From assembly GCA_000004695.1 (NCBI GenBank), contig CM000153.2, positions 3,808,001 to 3,872,000 on the forward strand: DNA of 64,000 nucleotides. The letters run 5' to 3'. The notes under the pieces are model-generated. The model worked only from the letters and a program-made list of their open reading frames with translations, ran no database searches and was not told the DNA's origin. The stretch is from Dictyostelium discoideum (taxonomy: Eukaryota). Shown here in pieces: positions 40,199 to 52,871 of this stretch; positions within the stretch are counted from its first letter, which is position 1; every line of letters begins with the position of its first letter. The position numbers and the translations under genes were made by a program.

Positions 40199-42119
40199 AA
40201 ATTCCACAGGAATAAAGGGACCATCATTACCAGTGAGATCTGGTAGTGGTGGAAGTTCAACAGGAATTAAAGGACCATCATTACCTGTGAGATCTGGTAG
40301 TGGTGGAACGACATCATCATCACCACCTTTAACTTTTACGTCATCACCTCCAACTTCAACAACCACCGCAACAACAACAACAACATCATCACCACCAATT
40401 AGTATGGCTTCGGTAATTGTGCCAAAATCAATTTCAACAATACCAAAAGGACATGATATTTTATGGGTAGAAAAATATAGACCAAAAGTAATTGAAGATA
40501 TAGTTGGTAATCCAGGTATTTTCCAAGAGTTTGGTAAATGGTTAGATCAATGGAACTCTACAGCACCAAGAGATGCAAGTAAAAAGAATGCAGTTTTATT
40601 ATCAGGACCACCAGGTATTGGTAAAACTTCAGCAGCTTTATTAATTTGTAAGCAAAAAGGCTTTGAAGCAATTGAATTGAATGCAAGTGATGCAAGAAGT
40701 AAATCAGAGATTAAAAGATTATTATCTGGTGTATCAGATAATCAAAACATTACCAAATTCTTTGGTACAACCAATCAAGACACTGGTAAAGATGTACAAG
40801 CCAATAAAAAGATTAAAACTGCCATTATTTTAGATGAAATCGATGGTTCAAGTGGTAACTCAGATCGTGGTGGTATTGCAGAGATCATTGGTTTAATTAA
40901 GAAATCAAAGATGCCATTCATTTGTTTATGTAATGATTACTATAGTTCAAAGGTAACCTCTTTGAGAAACCATTGTATGGATTTGAAATTAAGGAAACCA
41001 ACACTCAATCAAGTCTCCTCAAGATTATTGGCAATTGCAAAACATGAAGGTATGAAAGTGTCCTCCTATATGATCGAAAAAGTTTATACTTCAAGTCATT
41101 CAGATATTAGACAATCTATAAATACCCTTCAAATGATGTCTCGTTCAAAGAGAGATTATAACAATGACAATGTCACTCAAAGCCTTCAAGAGAAAGATTT
41201 CGATATCTCTCCATTCACAGCCGCTGAATTAATCCTTCGTGAAGATAATAGTAATATCAATAAGAAATTGGATTATTTCTTCTCTGATTTCTCTTTGGTA
41301 CCATTAATAATTCAAGAGAACTATTTAAAAACTAGACCTTATGGTGGTGGTAGTCAATCAAAATATAATGATTGTGAATTGATTTCAATGGCCGCCGATG
41401 CATTAAGTGATTCCGATCAATTTGGAAGAGCCATAGGTAAGGAAATGGCTTGGAATTTATTACCAACTTATGGTGTCACCTCTTGTATTATTCCATCGGG
41501 TTATATTAGAGGTAGTCCACCAATGCCATTGTCTTTCCCTTCTTACCTTGGTAAATATTCAAATGCTTCAAAACAACAACGTTTCGTTAGAGAATTACAA
41601 TTACATATGAGATCAACCAGTAATACATTTGTAAATCGTGATGAAACTAGACTTTACTATGTACCAATGTTAAAACATCATTTAATTCAACCTTTGGTTC
41701 AAGATGATAATGATGGTATTGAAAATGTTATCAATGTAATGGATGAATATGGTTTAACTGAAGATGATAGAAATAACATTATCGAACTTTCAACATGGGG
41801 TAAAGAGGATCCACTAAAAGATGTTAAAACTCAAGTTAAATCTGCATTCACTAGAAAATTCAGAAGTACCTCCCATGCAATCTATGATGTTTCATTATTA
41901 TCTTCAAAGGGTTCTGGTGGAGGAGGAACAAATATCGCTGAAGGTTATGAAGAAGTTGAAGGTGAATCTCAAAATCAAATTGAAGAAGAAGATGAAGAAA
42001 CTGAAGAAAAAGATTCTCTTCCAAATTTAGTTAAAAAATCTTCGGTTAAATCAAAATCAGATACAAAACCAAAATCAACAAAATCAAAATCAACAACAAC
42101 AAAATCTAAAAAAAAATAA
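37828..42119 (+). CDS. rfc1: Replication factor C large subunit (RFC1): N-terminal DIRNFF motif, long S/K/T/P-rich linker, BRCT domain, AAA+ clamp-loader ATPase module, RFC1 C-terminal domain; 2 exons
   Basis: Exon 1 is 37828..37938 ([13 protein letters not shown]...SEPAGT), with donor GTGAGT at 37939. Exon 2 is 38025..42119, beginning [12 protein letters not shown] (conserved RFC1 start) and joining ORF 38130..42119 in frame. The BRCT is [38 protein letters not shown]...[14 protein letters not shown]. Walker A is [19 protein letters not shown], and the DEID/sensor region is ILDEIDG. About 1401 aa. Confidence 0.9.
40204..40314 (+). repeat. Direct tandem duplication of a ~55-nt unit within RFC1 linker (encodes [17 protein letters not shown] twice)
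   Basis: acaggaataaagggaccatcattaccagtgagatctggtagtggtggaag followed by acaggaattaaaggaccatcattacctgtgagatctggtagtggtggaac. The differences are synonymous or near-synonymous. Confidence 0.85.
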
Positions 42120-42258
42120 ATTTAGAATTTCTTTGTAGGGAATTTTAAAAATTAAATAAAAAAAAATTATTAAATATTTGACAAATATTTAAATTTAATT
42201 ATATTTAAATACATTTTTATTATTATTATTTTTATTTATATTTTTTTTTTTTTTTTTT

Positions 42259-42629
42259 TTAATTTCTAACAGCACTTGGGAAAGGATGAGAGAAAGATTG
42301 AGAATACTTTTTATAATTTTCTTCTTGTTGAATGAATTGATTACAAATTTGAGCTAAATGTTGTTCATCTTCACGTAATCTTTCTTTAGTTGTTTGAATT
42401 TCAAAGATTTCCTCTAACATGGCATCGGATAATTTTGTAATATTATCTTGAATGTTTAATTTAAGATCCATTTGCATTGGAATTAAAAAGTAGTTATAAC
42501 ATTTTAACATAATATTCTTTGACATTCTATTACGAATATCTTGGAATAATTTTGAAGCTAATTCAGTTACCATTGTATGAGTTTCTTTTGGATTTAAAAT
42601 ATGATTGCTATTATTATAATTGTTGTTAC

Positions 42630-42660
<31 letters not shown>

Positions 42661-44868
42661 TGGAGTAGTTGATTTATTATTATTATTTAAACTATTATTT
42701 AATGAAACACAAGGTGAATCAGTACAGAATTTCTTTAAATCTTTATTCGATTGAAGATCCCAATAGATTAAACGAGTTGTATAGAATTCATCCATACATT
42801 TATTTTTACAGTCAGCAGCAATTTGATCGACATACTTAAAGTACATTTCTTTTACACTGTAGATAAAGTATGGATGATCTTCGACATTGACGATAGTATT
42901 CTCATGGGATGGACGAGAAACACTATCAGAACCATTGATTGATTGAATACCATAGATCATATTCTCAGATGATAGAGAGGCAGATTGAGAGATTGAAGAT
43001 GATTGTGATTGTGATTGGGATGATGGTGAACTATTATCTTGGAATAAACTTGTACTATTACCATGACGACGGAAAGATGACTTCTTTTTATTTTCAATCA
43101 TACGATCTACAATATCAACTAAACGACGTAAAATATAAGTGGCTCTCTTGAATAGTTGATCAACCAATGGTAATAAAGCTTCTTTGATCTTCTTTTGAGC
43201 TAAATCAGAAGCAGCCCAAGCGATTACAGAAGCATTGGATGGACGATTTGAACCAATGGCGCAAGCTACCTCACTAATGGACAATTCCTCTAATTGAATG
43301 ACCTCTGTGATACACTTGAATTCAGTTAATAATCTTTCAAATTGTTGACCACCATAGAGTTTATTATCATAAAAAGTGACCAATTTTTCATCGTTCAACA
43401 ATAGTATTGGTTTACCATTGTGATCATACCAATCACCGGTTTCATCTTGAGATTTCTCTTCTTCTAAAGTTTGACCATTTAATGATGGATTACCTTCGAG
43501 TGTACGGGTGACCAATTTTTCAATGCATTGAATAAACTCTATTGATACGTAAGAGTTTGCAATTTGACGTAATGTTACGGCATTGGTTCTCTCTAATTGT
43601 TGTCTAATTTGATAGAGTTGATCTTCAGAGGTTGTACGGAAAGAATTTAATCTCTTCAATACCTCTGGTACAGAATCTAAATATTTTCTCCAAGTGAATT
43701 CACTTATCCAATGTCTAAAAGCTGATAGACCTACATTACGTTCATATTTCTTATCGAATTGTAATTGCTCCAAGATGTTGAGATCTGTTTGTTGAAGTTG
43801 ATCACAAAGTTGACTTAATTGATCCTTTGAGTTACATTGAGATCTTTGAGCAGTGGATGGTAATGTTGTGAAAAAGGTTGGAGCACCAATCGATGGTGAA
43901 CCCAAGAAACGATTGGCATCTCTACCATTGGTGAATGGTTGATCACCAGTTAGAAGAGAATGGAATTTATTGAAAACAAAGATTGAACGATCCAATTTAT
44001 AATCTAATTTCTTTGCCAATTCTAACATCTCTGAACTATTGGTACCACCATTGGTGCTTGTCTCAACGAATACCAATGTACGATTATTTGATTTAGTATA
44101 TTGAGTGATCATTTCACCCATTTCATTACCAATTGATAATTTTGCAATCTTATTTGCCAATTGATTGGCTGGACTTGTCATTGATTGACCTTGAATTGTA
44201 ATTGCATTTGTTGGTTGAATCGATACCGATGGTGGTTCAATCAATAACATATTCAAATAATATCTATACTCTATGGTAATTTCAATTGGAATCGATGTCT
44301 TTTGATTTCTTTTACTAATTTCACTCGATACCATTGACAATTCAATTTGTCTATCAAATTCATAACTATCCAATGATCTATCTCTCTTAAAGGTAACTAT
44401 TGGTTCTTCACATCTTGCATTATTCATTAAAGTAATATGTAATGGTCTTAAACTACTACCTTCACCAATCATCATTGGAAATCCAATAAATGATTCAATT
44501 AATGCACTTTTACCATTACCATCTTTACCAATAAATACAAATTCTGGTGTTTCAATAAATGCATTTAAACTATTATAATAATCGTTTAAATTAATAATTT
44601 AGTTATAAAATAATAATAAAAAATAAAAAAATAAAAAAAAAAGATTTAGAAATTAACTTACTCTCTTGCAAGTACCATAATTTTATTGTAAGCTTTATAC
44701 ATGTCATCATATTTTTCATTATCAAAATTTAATGGAAATGGTATAGCTGTTGATTTACTATAAATAGTTTTGAAAAAATAAATTAATAAATCTATTTTTA
44801 GCTTTTTTTTTTTTTGATATTTTTTTTTTGATTTTTTTTTTTACATACACCACTGATTGTCTATCCAT
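42259..44868 (-). CDS. Dynamin-like GTPase of the ARC5/DRP5B clade (Dictyostelium DlpA/DlpB-like), 3 exons with a 20-nt first coding exon
   Basis: Exon 1 is 44849..44868 (ATGGATAGACAATCAGTGGT, MDRQSV-V), with donor GTATGT at 44848-44843. Exon 2 is 44662..44757 (KSTAIPFPLNFDNEKYDDMYKAYNKIMVLAR), with donor GTAAGT at 44661-44656. Exon 3 is 42259..44569 (DLNAFIETPEFVFIGKDGNGKSALIESFIGFPMMIGEGSSLRPLHITL...). The N-terminus and G1 motif align with Arabidopsis ARC5 (LYEAYNELHALAQEL...VLVVGQQTDGKSALVEALMGFQFNHVGGGTKTRRPITL). About 808 aa. Confidence 0.8.
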
Positions 44869-45084
44869 GTTTTAATACTACGTTTTTTTTTTTTTTCCTT
44901 TAATTTGTTTCAAGTTATAAAACTTTAATAAATGATGATCCTATGTGTTTATTTGTATGTACAAACTATTAATTATTTTAAAAAAAAAAAAAAAAAAAAA
45001 AAGTTAGTGTGGTGAAAAAATCTTAATTGATTGAAAAATAAATTTAATTAAAAAACAAAAAATCAAAAAAAAAAAATAAAATAA

Positions 45085-45126
<42 letters not shown>

Positions 45127-45733
45127 AAGATTAACAATGTTTTAGGTTATAATCACCCACACATATTATTAATGTATGAATGTCATATATTGTATATATG
45201 TTATGTGTTATCAAATATTGAAAATAGTTATTACTATTATTTTTATTTTTATAGTAATACTAATAATAATGTAATATGAATAACTCATACATATTCAAAT
45301 TATTAATATTATTATTAATATTATTATAATTATTATTATTATTATTATAATTATTTTTATTATTATTGTCATTAAAACTATTTTAATTCTAGCTTGATTA
45401 TTACTATTATTATTTATTTTATAGATTTTAACAATGGGTACTTGGATATCTTATCATCTCCTCTTTGTTTCATTAAAAATTTTAATATTTTTATTATTAT
45501 CCTTATAATTATTATTTTATTTTATTTAAAATTTTTTTTTTCTTTTTTTTTTTCTTTTTTTATTTTTTTATTTTATTGTTATTTTTTATTTTATTTTATT
45601 TTTACTTTCCAAAACATTGTTTCTAATCTGAATTTTGTGTGTGGGTGGGTATGTATCTGTGTTGATATTAACTTTTTCAAAAGACAGCCAAAAAAAAGAA
45701 AAAATGGCACACCTAGTTCAAACGTTGTTTTGT

Positions 45734-45768
<35 letters not shown>

Positions 45769-45780
45769 ACCAAATTAATA

Positions 45781-45786
45781 AATTAA

Positions 45787-45821
<35 letters not shown>

Positions 45822-45850
45822 AAAAATAAATAAATAAATAAATAAATAAA
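45781..45850. repeat. (AAAT)n microsatellite, ~17 units, intergenic
   Basis: aaataaataaataaat... continuous from 45781 with one aaaaaaat variant unit. A related (A7T)n/(A5T)n array lies at 1461-1540. Confidence 0.9.
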
Positions 45851-46713
45851 AAAATGAATAAAAAAATGAATAAAAAAAAAAAAGAAAATAAATTAACAAG
45901 AGCGAATTCTTTTTTTATAGTTTTTTAATTTTTTTTTTTTTAAATTTTTTTTTTTTTTTTTAAAATTTCATTATAATAATTTTTTATTAAACATTTTAAA
46001 ATTTTTTTTTTTGGCGCCAATCCATATTAGTCCAAAATGAGATATATCTCTCTCTCTCACAAGTTAACTATAATATCAAGTGAAACACACACCACACACA
46101 ACACAAAAATAAACAAAAATAAAAATAAAAAATAAATTAAAAATTTTTTTTTTGTGTTTTTTTTTTTATTTTTTTATTTTTTTTTTTTTTTTTTAATTAT
46201 CAAGTAACTTTTATCACATACACTAAATTTTTTTTTTTTTCACCAAAAAAAAAAAAAAAATTAAAAAAAAAAAAAAAAAAAAAAACTATCAAAATATTTA
46301 TTATTTTTTTATATTTATAAAAATTTATTCTATTTATTCGGTTGTGGAAAACCATTATTGGGTTTTTTTTTTTTTTATCTTTATTTTTTTAATTTTTTTC
46401 ATTTTTTTTTTAATTTTTTTTTTTATTTTTTTTTTTATTTTTTTTTTATTGTTTTTTTATTATTTATTTTTTTTAACATAAAAAAAAAAAACCTATTGTT
46501 TTTAAAATAAATATTATGTGAAAAAGCAATTATGGATAGTTATTTTAATGAAATAAAACATCAACAATGTTTTAATAGAGTTAACATAAAAAGAAGTAAG
46601 GAGTTAAAACTAAATTAAAAAAAAAAAAAAAAAGATAGTTACTATCCCATAGGAACAAAAATAGAAAAACAAAAAATAAAATAAATAAATTAATTAATAA
46701 AAAAATAAAAAAA

Positions 46714-46744
<31 letters not shown>

Positions 46745-46788
46745 AATAAAATAATTTTTTTTTCTATATAAAATAAAGTATTAATTGG

Positions 46789-46821
<33 letters not shown>

Positions 46822-46981
46822 ATTATTATTTATTTTTTATTTAGAAAATTATGAAGAAGAGAGTCAAGTTTTAAAGAAAATTAGAACAACATATACAACA
46901 ACCACAACTACTAATACAATAACTAATACAACAACTAATTCTTCAAAATGTTTATTTAATGATTTATTTTCAGTGGAGTTA

Positions 46982-47950
46982 ATGGTTAAAATATTTGGAA
47001 TGTGTGACCCGTTTTCAACAGCATTAATACTTGTTTGTAAACATTGGTATAGTGTTTTAATAAATAACCAATTATCATTATGGAGGGATTTATCTGTTAC
47101 AATATTTGAAAAGAAACCTGCAACTTTTACACCAAAAAGTGATAGTATCGTTTCTTTCTTTAAAATGGGTTATGGTAAATCATTACATAATTTTTCAATT
47201 TCTTCAACATTTTCAAATAAAAATAATAATAATAACAACAACAATAATAATAAAAATACCAACAACAATAACAATAATAATGATAATAATAATAACAATA
47301 ATACCTTAGTAACACCAACATTTAATAATTATACAAGAAGAAATTCAAGAGAGTTGTTTTTAAATTTAAATAACCAAAAAAATAACAATAACAATAACAA
47401 CAACAATACTACTACCAATAATAGTATGTTTGAAAATACACAACATTGTAATATTGTAAAATTTACCAAAGAAATAAGTGGCCACTTGTCAAATTGTTTC
47501 AATTTAAAGAGTCTTGAACTTATATTACCATTGACAAATGAAGAGATGTACAAAATAGCAACCAACTGTAAATATATAAAACAATTAAGTTTCAATACTT
47601 TACTTATAAATGATAAGGGTTTAAAGAAATCATTTTCTGTAATGAAAAATTTGGATAGTCTTGCATTGATTGCATCTGGTCATGCAAATTTAGAATTCAT
47701 TAAAAGATTAGATAAACCTTGGACTCCAATGTCTACCATTTCACCTCACTCATTAAATAGTATTGCAACATTATTACCAAATCTAAAAAGTTTAAAATTT
47801 TCACTTTTACCAAATATTGGAAATCATAAAGAATTATCAACTACCGATATAATTTTAAGGCAACCAAATGATAATGATAATAATAATAATAATAATTTAA
47901 ATAATGTAAACAATAATGAAAATAGTATAATAAATAATATAAATAATATA

Positions 47951-48011
<61 letters not shown>

Positions 48012-49501
48012 TTAATAATAATAATAATAATATAAATAATAATATAAATAATATAATTAATATAAATAATGAAAACAATATAAATAATATAAATAATATA
48101 AATAATGTAAATGAAAACAATGTAAATAATAATATAAATAATATAGAAAATATAAATAACAATAATATAAATATAAATATAGATATAAATATAAATAATA
48201 ATAATAATAATAATAATGAAGAAATAATGCAAGAACAAGAGGTACAAGAAGAAATAATGGAAATTGAAAATAATAATATAAACCAAGAATTAAATAATGA
48301 AATGGAAATTGAATTGCAACAAAACCAACAACAACAACAAGAACAACAACAACCTCAATTAGAAGATATAATGCAAATTGAAGAAATATCAAAGATTAGA
48401 CCAAAGATATTTAATCCATTTACATCATTATTAAAATTAAAAGAATTAAAAGAATTAGAATTGATGAATTGCAACGTACCAAATGAATTATTGGTAAGAT
48501 GTGCATTGAATGACGAATCAAAGATTGAAAGATTGGTATTGTATAGAAATTCATTATTGACCGAATTAAAGTTTTCATGTAATACATTGAAGTATCTTAG
48601 TTTGTCATGTCTACCAATGCTTCAATCCATTGAGATTAATTGTTGTTCCTTGTTAGAGTTATCATTGGAAGGTTGTGAAAGTTTACAATCTACAACCATT
48701 TGGTGTCCATCTTTGACCGCACTTTCAATCGAGAGTTGTACTGGAACTTTGGTGATCGATTGTGCAAGTAAACTAAAGTCTTTGTCTTTGTTTGAATGCA
48801 GAGACATTGACGAGAAATCCCTAAACAAGATTGTCGATAGGTTACCAAACCTAAGAGAGTTTTATGTATATTTGGAGCGTGTAGAAAATTTACGTATTTC
48901 CTCAAATACCCTTGGGAAATTGGATATCGAGGCATGGAGTGGCATTAGATCTTGTGTTTTGGATTGTCCAAATCTAAAAGAGTTTAAAGCATCCGAGTCT
49001 TCAATCGATACCCTTTACCTCAAGGCTAATCATATCAATAGTATAGAATTGGATTTCTGTGACTCTTTACGTACGGTCCTCGTTGATCTTTTATCTTGTC
49101 AAACATTTTCTTTTACTCAAAATCATCCAACTTCCTCAAACTTTAATGTTGACTTAAATTCTTTACATTTAGATGACCCAAATTATAATATTTCAGAGAA
49201 AGATGATGAAACCAGTGGTGGTGGTAGTGAAGATTGTTTCCTTTCTCCAACTTCTTTATTCCTTCAATCTCAATTATTCATTAAAAACTGTACAATTTTA
49301 AGTGGTAATATTGTTGGTAGATTGGGCTCAAACTCTGTTGATGCACTTTCAGTAGAATTAAAATCATTAAGTACTTTTTCTTATGATATTATCAAAATTC
49401 ACAGATTAAATACATATAGAGAAGCTAAAACTTCAAGTGGTAGCATTAGATTTGTCCCAATTGGCTATAAACAACAACCAACTCAACCAAATTTTAAATA
49501 A
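46982..49501 (+). CDS. F-box / leucine-rich-repeat (FBXL-type, Cys-containing LRR) protein with long poly-N/N-I-rich insert; 5' end possibly incomplete
   Basis: The F-box is (LFNDLFSVEL)MVKIFGMCDPFSTALILVCKHWYSVLINNQLSLWRDL. The C-terminal LRRs are LKELKELELMNCNVPNELLVRCA...LKYLSLSCLPMLQSIEINCCSLLELSLEGCESLQSTTIWCPSLTALSIESCTG...LSLFECRDIDEKSLNKIVDRLPNLREF. The first in-frame ATG is 46982; the track ORF start 46973 is a GTG. The frame stays open upstream through F-box residues, so an unannotated 5' exon or alternative start is possible. Confidence 0.65.
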
Positions 49502-50077
49502 TCTTTTTTTTTTTTAAAAAAATCAAATAATTTTTTTTTTTTAATATATATAAATATTTTAATTTTGATCAAAACAAATAAAAAAAAAAAAAAAAAACAA
49601 AAAAAAAAAAAAAAAAAAACAAATAAAAGCGCAAACAAATAAACTATATAATTTTAATTTATACTTTGTAAAGTTTTTTTTTTTTTTTTTTTTTTTTATT
49701 TTCTTCCAAGAAGTTATTTTTTGTCTTCCAAAAAACAAAAATGGATTAACTTTTTATATTTTTTATTTTTTTATTTTTTAAAACCCCACAAACTGTTGAG
49801 TCATATCCAATTCTATTTGTATTACCTATCATTCATTTGCTCTGAAATTCAATAACATTGACAATATCAATCAGCTTTTCCTTTTAAGTATAGTTTCAAC
49901 AACTTAATCATTTCTCGCCTTGAGGAATTTTAAAACCTGTTAAACCTTTTTAATATGGCTATTAAACCTGTTTTAATTTTTTTTTTTCATTTTATTTTTC
50001 ATTTTTTAATTTTTTTTTTTTTATTTTTTTTTTTATTTTTTTTTTTTTCAAAAATTTTCAATGGATAAAAGGAAATA

Positions 50078-51821
50078 ATGAATTTATGTTTGATTGATCC
50101 TTTTAAACAATCGGATGTACCAGAAACAGTAGAATACTATTTGGTTGATCCAAAGAATATTAAATCAAATTGTGCATCATTCAATAGAAGAGGTACTTTA
50201 CTTGCAGTTGGTTGTGCAAGTCCAATAGGAAAGATATTAGTATGGGATTTTGATACAAAAAAGATTGTTAGAACATTATATCATCATACTGGTTGTGTAA
50301 ATTCAATATCGTAAGTTATTTATTAATTTATTTATTTATTTATTTACTTACTTACTCGGTTATTTTTTAAAATAGTTGGTCTAGAAATGGTAAAAAGTTA
50401 CTTACGGCAAGTAATGATGGATCACTTGTACTTTGGGATTTAGCAACATCAAAAATACTCTACAGTTTAGAATTAGAGTCACCAATTTTATTTGCTGAAT
50501 TTCATCCAAGAAATAAGTAAATATTATTTTATTATTATTTATTATTTCTTATTTATTATTTATTATTTATTATATTTATTAATATATTTTGTTTTTTTGT
50601 TTTTGTTTTTGTTTTAGTGATTTATGTTTAATAGTTTTACAAAAAGGTACAGATCCAATATTATTAAATTTTAAAAGTAGTGAAAAAACACCATTGAATA
50701 TAAAATCATTAGTAACAAGTTATATAAAGAGAGAAGAGAATTCAACTGGTGTAATTCCAACTAGTGTAAATAGTAATTATAATGGTGTGGCAACATTTGC
50801 ATCATTTAATAGAAGAGGTGAAAAGATATTTTTTGGTGATAGTTGTGGTATGATATCAGTATTGGATTTTAAGAGTATGACAATCGATAGACAATTCAAA
50901 GTTGCCTCATCAAATACAACTGTGAAACAAATTGAGTTTAGTAGAAATCATAGATTCATGTTAGTTTCATCATCTGATAAAGTGTTACGTTTGATTTCAT
51001 TAGAGTCAACTAATTTGTATCAGCAGATGCGTGAATATCAAGATAGTGTCAATAGAATGCATTGGAAGAAATGTTGTTTCAGTAGTAACAATGAGTATGT
51101 AGTGGGTGGTATGAATCATAAATCAATTCATAGTATTTTCATTTGGAGTGTTAGTGGTAGTTTAGTTAAAGATTTAGAAGGTCCAAAAGAAGGACTGGTA
51201 GATGTCGTTTGGCATCCATTAAGACCAATCATTGTTAGTATAAGTTTCACTGGAGTAATTTATGTTTGGACTGCTTATTTCGAAGAGAATTGGAGTTCAT
51301 TCGCTCCTGATTTTCAAGAATTGGAAGAGAATTTAGATTATGTTGAAGATGAGGATGAATTTGATGCAAAAGATAGTGATAATGAAAATCAAGAAGTTAA
51401 CAATAATAACAATAATAATATTGGTCGTAACCCTTATAAGAAAATTAAAACTCAACAAGAATTAAATGATAAAAACTCTGAAGAAGAAGAGTTTGTAGAT
51501 GTTGATCATAATGATAGAATAACTGAATTTAGTAGTGATGAAGAGGAAGATTTATTTTGTTTCTCTGCTATTGATGATAGATACGTTTCAAATGTTAAAT
51601 TTGATGATCCAAGACATCCACTCTATGAAAAATATCAAAAAGATAAAGAAGACTCTTCTTCAACCACTTCAAATTCAACAATATCATCATCATCATCACC
51701 ATCACCATCATCATCATCAACTACAACAACAACAACTACATCTCAAAAAAAGGATGAAACTCAAAAAAAAGAAAAATCTACAAAAAAAGAAAGAAATTCT
51801 GATTCAAAAAAAAGAAAATAA
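50078..51821 (+). CDS. RBBP5/Swd1 ortholog (WD40 subunit of the COMPASS/Set1 H3K4 methyltransferase complex), 3 exons
   Basis: Exon 1 is 50078..50310 (MNLCLIDPFKQSDVPETVEYYLVDPKNIKSNCASFNRRGTLLAVGCASPIGKILVWDFDTKKIVRTLYHHTGCVNSI), with donor GTAAGT at 50311. Exon 2 is 50376..50516 (SWSRNGKKLLTASNDGSLVLWDLATSKILYSLELESPILFAEFHPRN), with donor GTAAAT at 50517. Exon 3 is 50618..51821 (NDLCLIVLQKGTDPILLNF...FNRRGEKIFFGDSCGMISVLDF...RMHWKKCCFSSNNEYVVGG...VVWHPLRPIIVSIS...ENWSSFAPDFQELEEN...*). It is collinear with human RBBP5 throughout. About 525 aa. Confidence 0.9.
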
Positions 51822-51997
51822 AATAAATCTATTTGTAAATAATTTATCATGGTTTTTTTTTTTTTATATTTTATATTATTTTAAGATTTTTCTATTTTAT
51901 TAAGATTAAAAAAACATATTTTATATTTATTTATTTATTTATTTTTTAATTTTTATTTTACAATTGTTTAAATTAATTTTTTTTTTTTTTTTTTTTT

Positions 51998-52462
51998 TTA
52001 ATAAATAATAGCAACACCATATGTATTTAAAATATATTCTAAAGTATCTAAAAAGTTTGGTTTTGATTTTAATGGATAAGTCATCCAAACTATTTTTTTT
52101 GAATATGGATGTTGAATAATTGGAATTTCAATATCTAAAACATAATCATAATATTGTGGATTTTCTAATGTTACATTTGTAAATTGTGGGAATTCTTTGA
52201 ATGTTGAATCACCATATACATCGAATCTTAATTTTTGAATATCAGTTTGTAATAAAACCTGAGTGTTATATCTTGTTGATAAAGTTTTCATGTCAATCTC
52301 AACAATTTCATTAACATCGTTTATACCGCCAGTTTTTTTAACAACTAAAACACCATTATGTGGAATTTGAGGTATTGGTATTCTCATTTCTTTTGGTGAT
52401 ACATGAACTATTAATTGATTAAATATTATTAATCCAATAATTATAAAAATCATTTTCATCAT
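51998..52462 (-). CDS. Small secreted protein (154 aa) with N-terminal signal peptide, unknown function
   Basis: The ORF is MMKMIFIIIGLIIFNQLIVHVSPKEM... with a hydrophobic signal-like N-terminus followed by a compact non-repetitive domain (NVTLENPQYYDYVLDIEIPIIQHPYSKKIVWMTYPLKSKPNF...). It lies convergent with the RBBP5 3' end, 176 bp away. Confidence 0.5.
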   Translation of the reverse strand: MMKMIFIIIGLIIFNQLIVHVSPKEMRIPIPQIPHNGVLVVKKTGGINDVNEIVEIDMKTLSTRYNTQVLLQTDIQKLRFDVYGDSTFKEFPQFTNVTLENPQYYDYVLDIEIPIIQHPYSKKIVWMTYPLKSKPNFLDTLEYILNTYGVAIIY

Positions 52463-52840
52463 TTTTTTGACTTTTTTTTTTTTTTTTTTTTGTTTTAGAG
52501 AATTGAATTATTTAAATTGGATTTTTTTTAATTCTATAAAATTTGAATAAACAATGTTTTTTTTTCAAAATAAATAAAATTTTAAAATTATAATTAATAA
52601 AATTATTATTTTTTAAATTAAATTATTTATTTTATTTTTATTTTAAAATTATAATATTAATAGTTCTAATTATCAGTTAAAATTGATTTAAAAACAAAAA
52701 AAGATTGGATATTTAAAATATAAAAATAATTTTTAAAATTAATAGCAATTAAAAAAAAAAAAATAGTATACTCATTTGTTAGTTATTTTTTATTAATTAA
52801 ATTATAATAATTTGAAAAAATCAAGTTACAAGTTTTATTG

Positions 52841-52871
<31 letters not shown>

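Noticed and set aside
38320-40366. Minus-strand ORFs 38320..38547, 38684..39427, 38854..39090, 39428..39772, 40097..40366 inside RFC1
   Set aside because: They are antisense to the S/K/T/P-rich RFC1 linker. They are low complexity and contradicted by the continuous, strongly conserved RFC1 sense frame.
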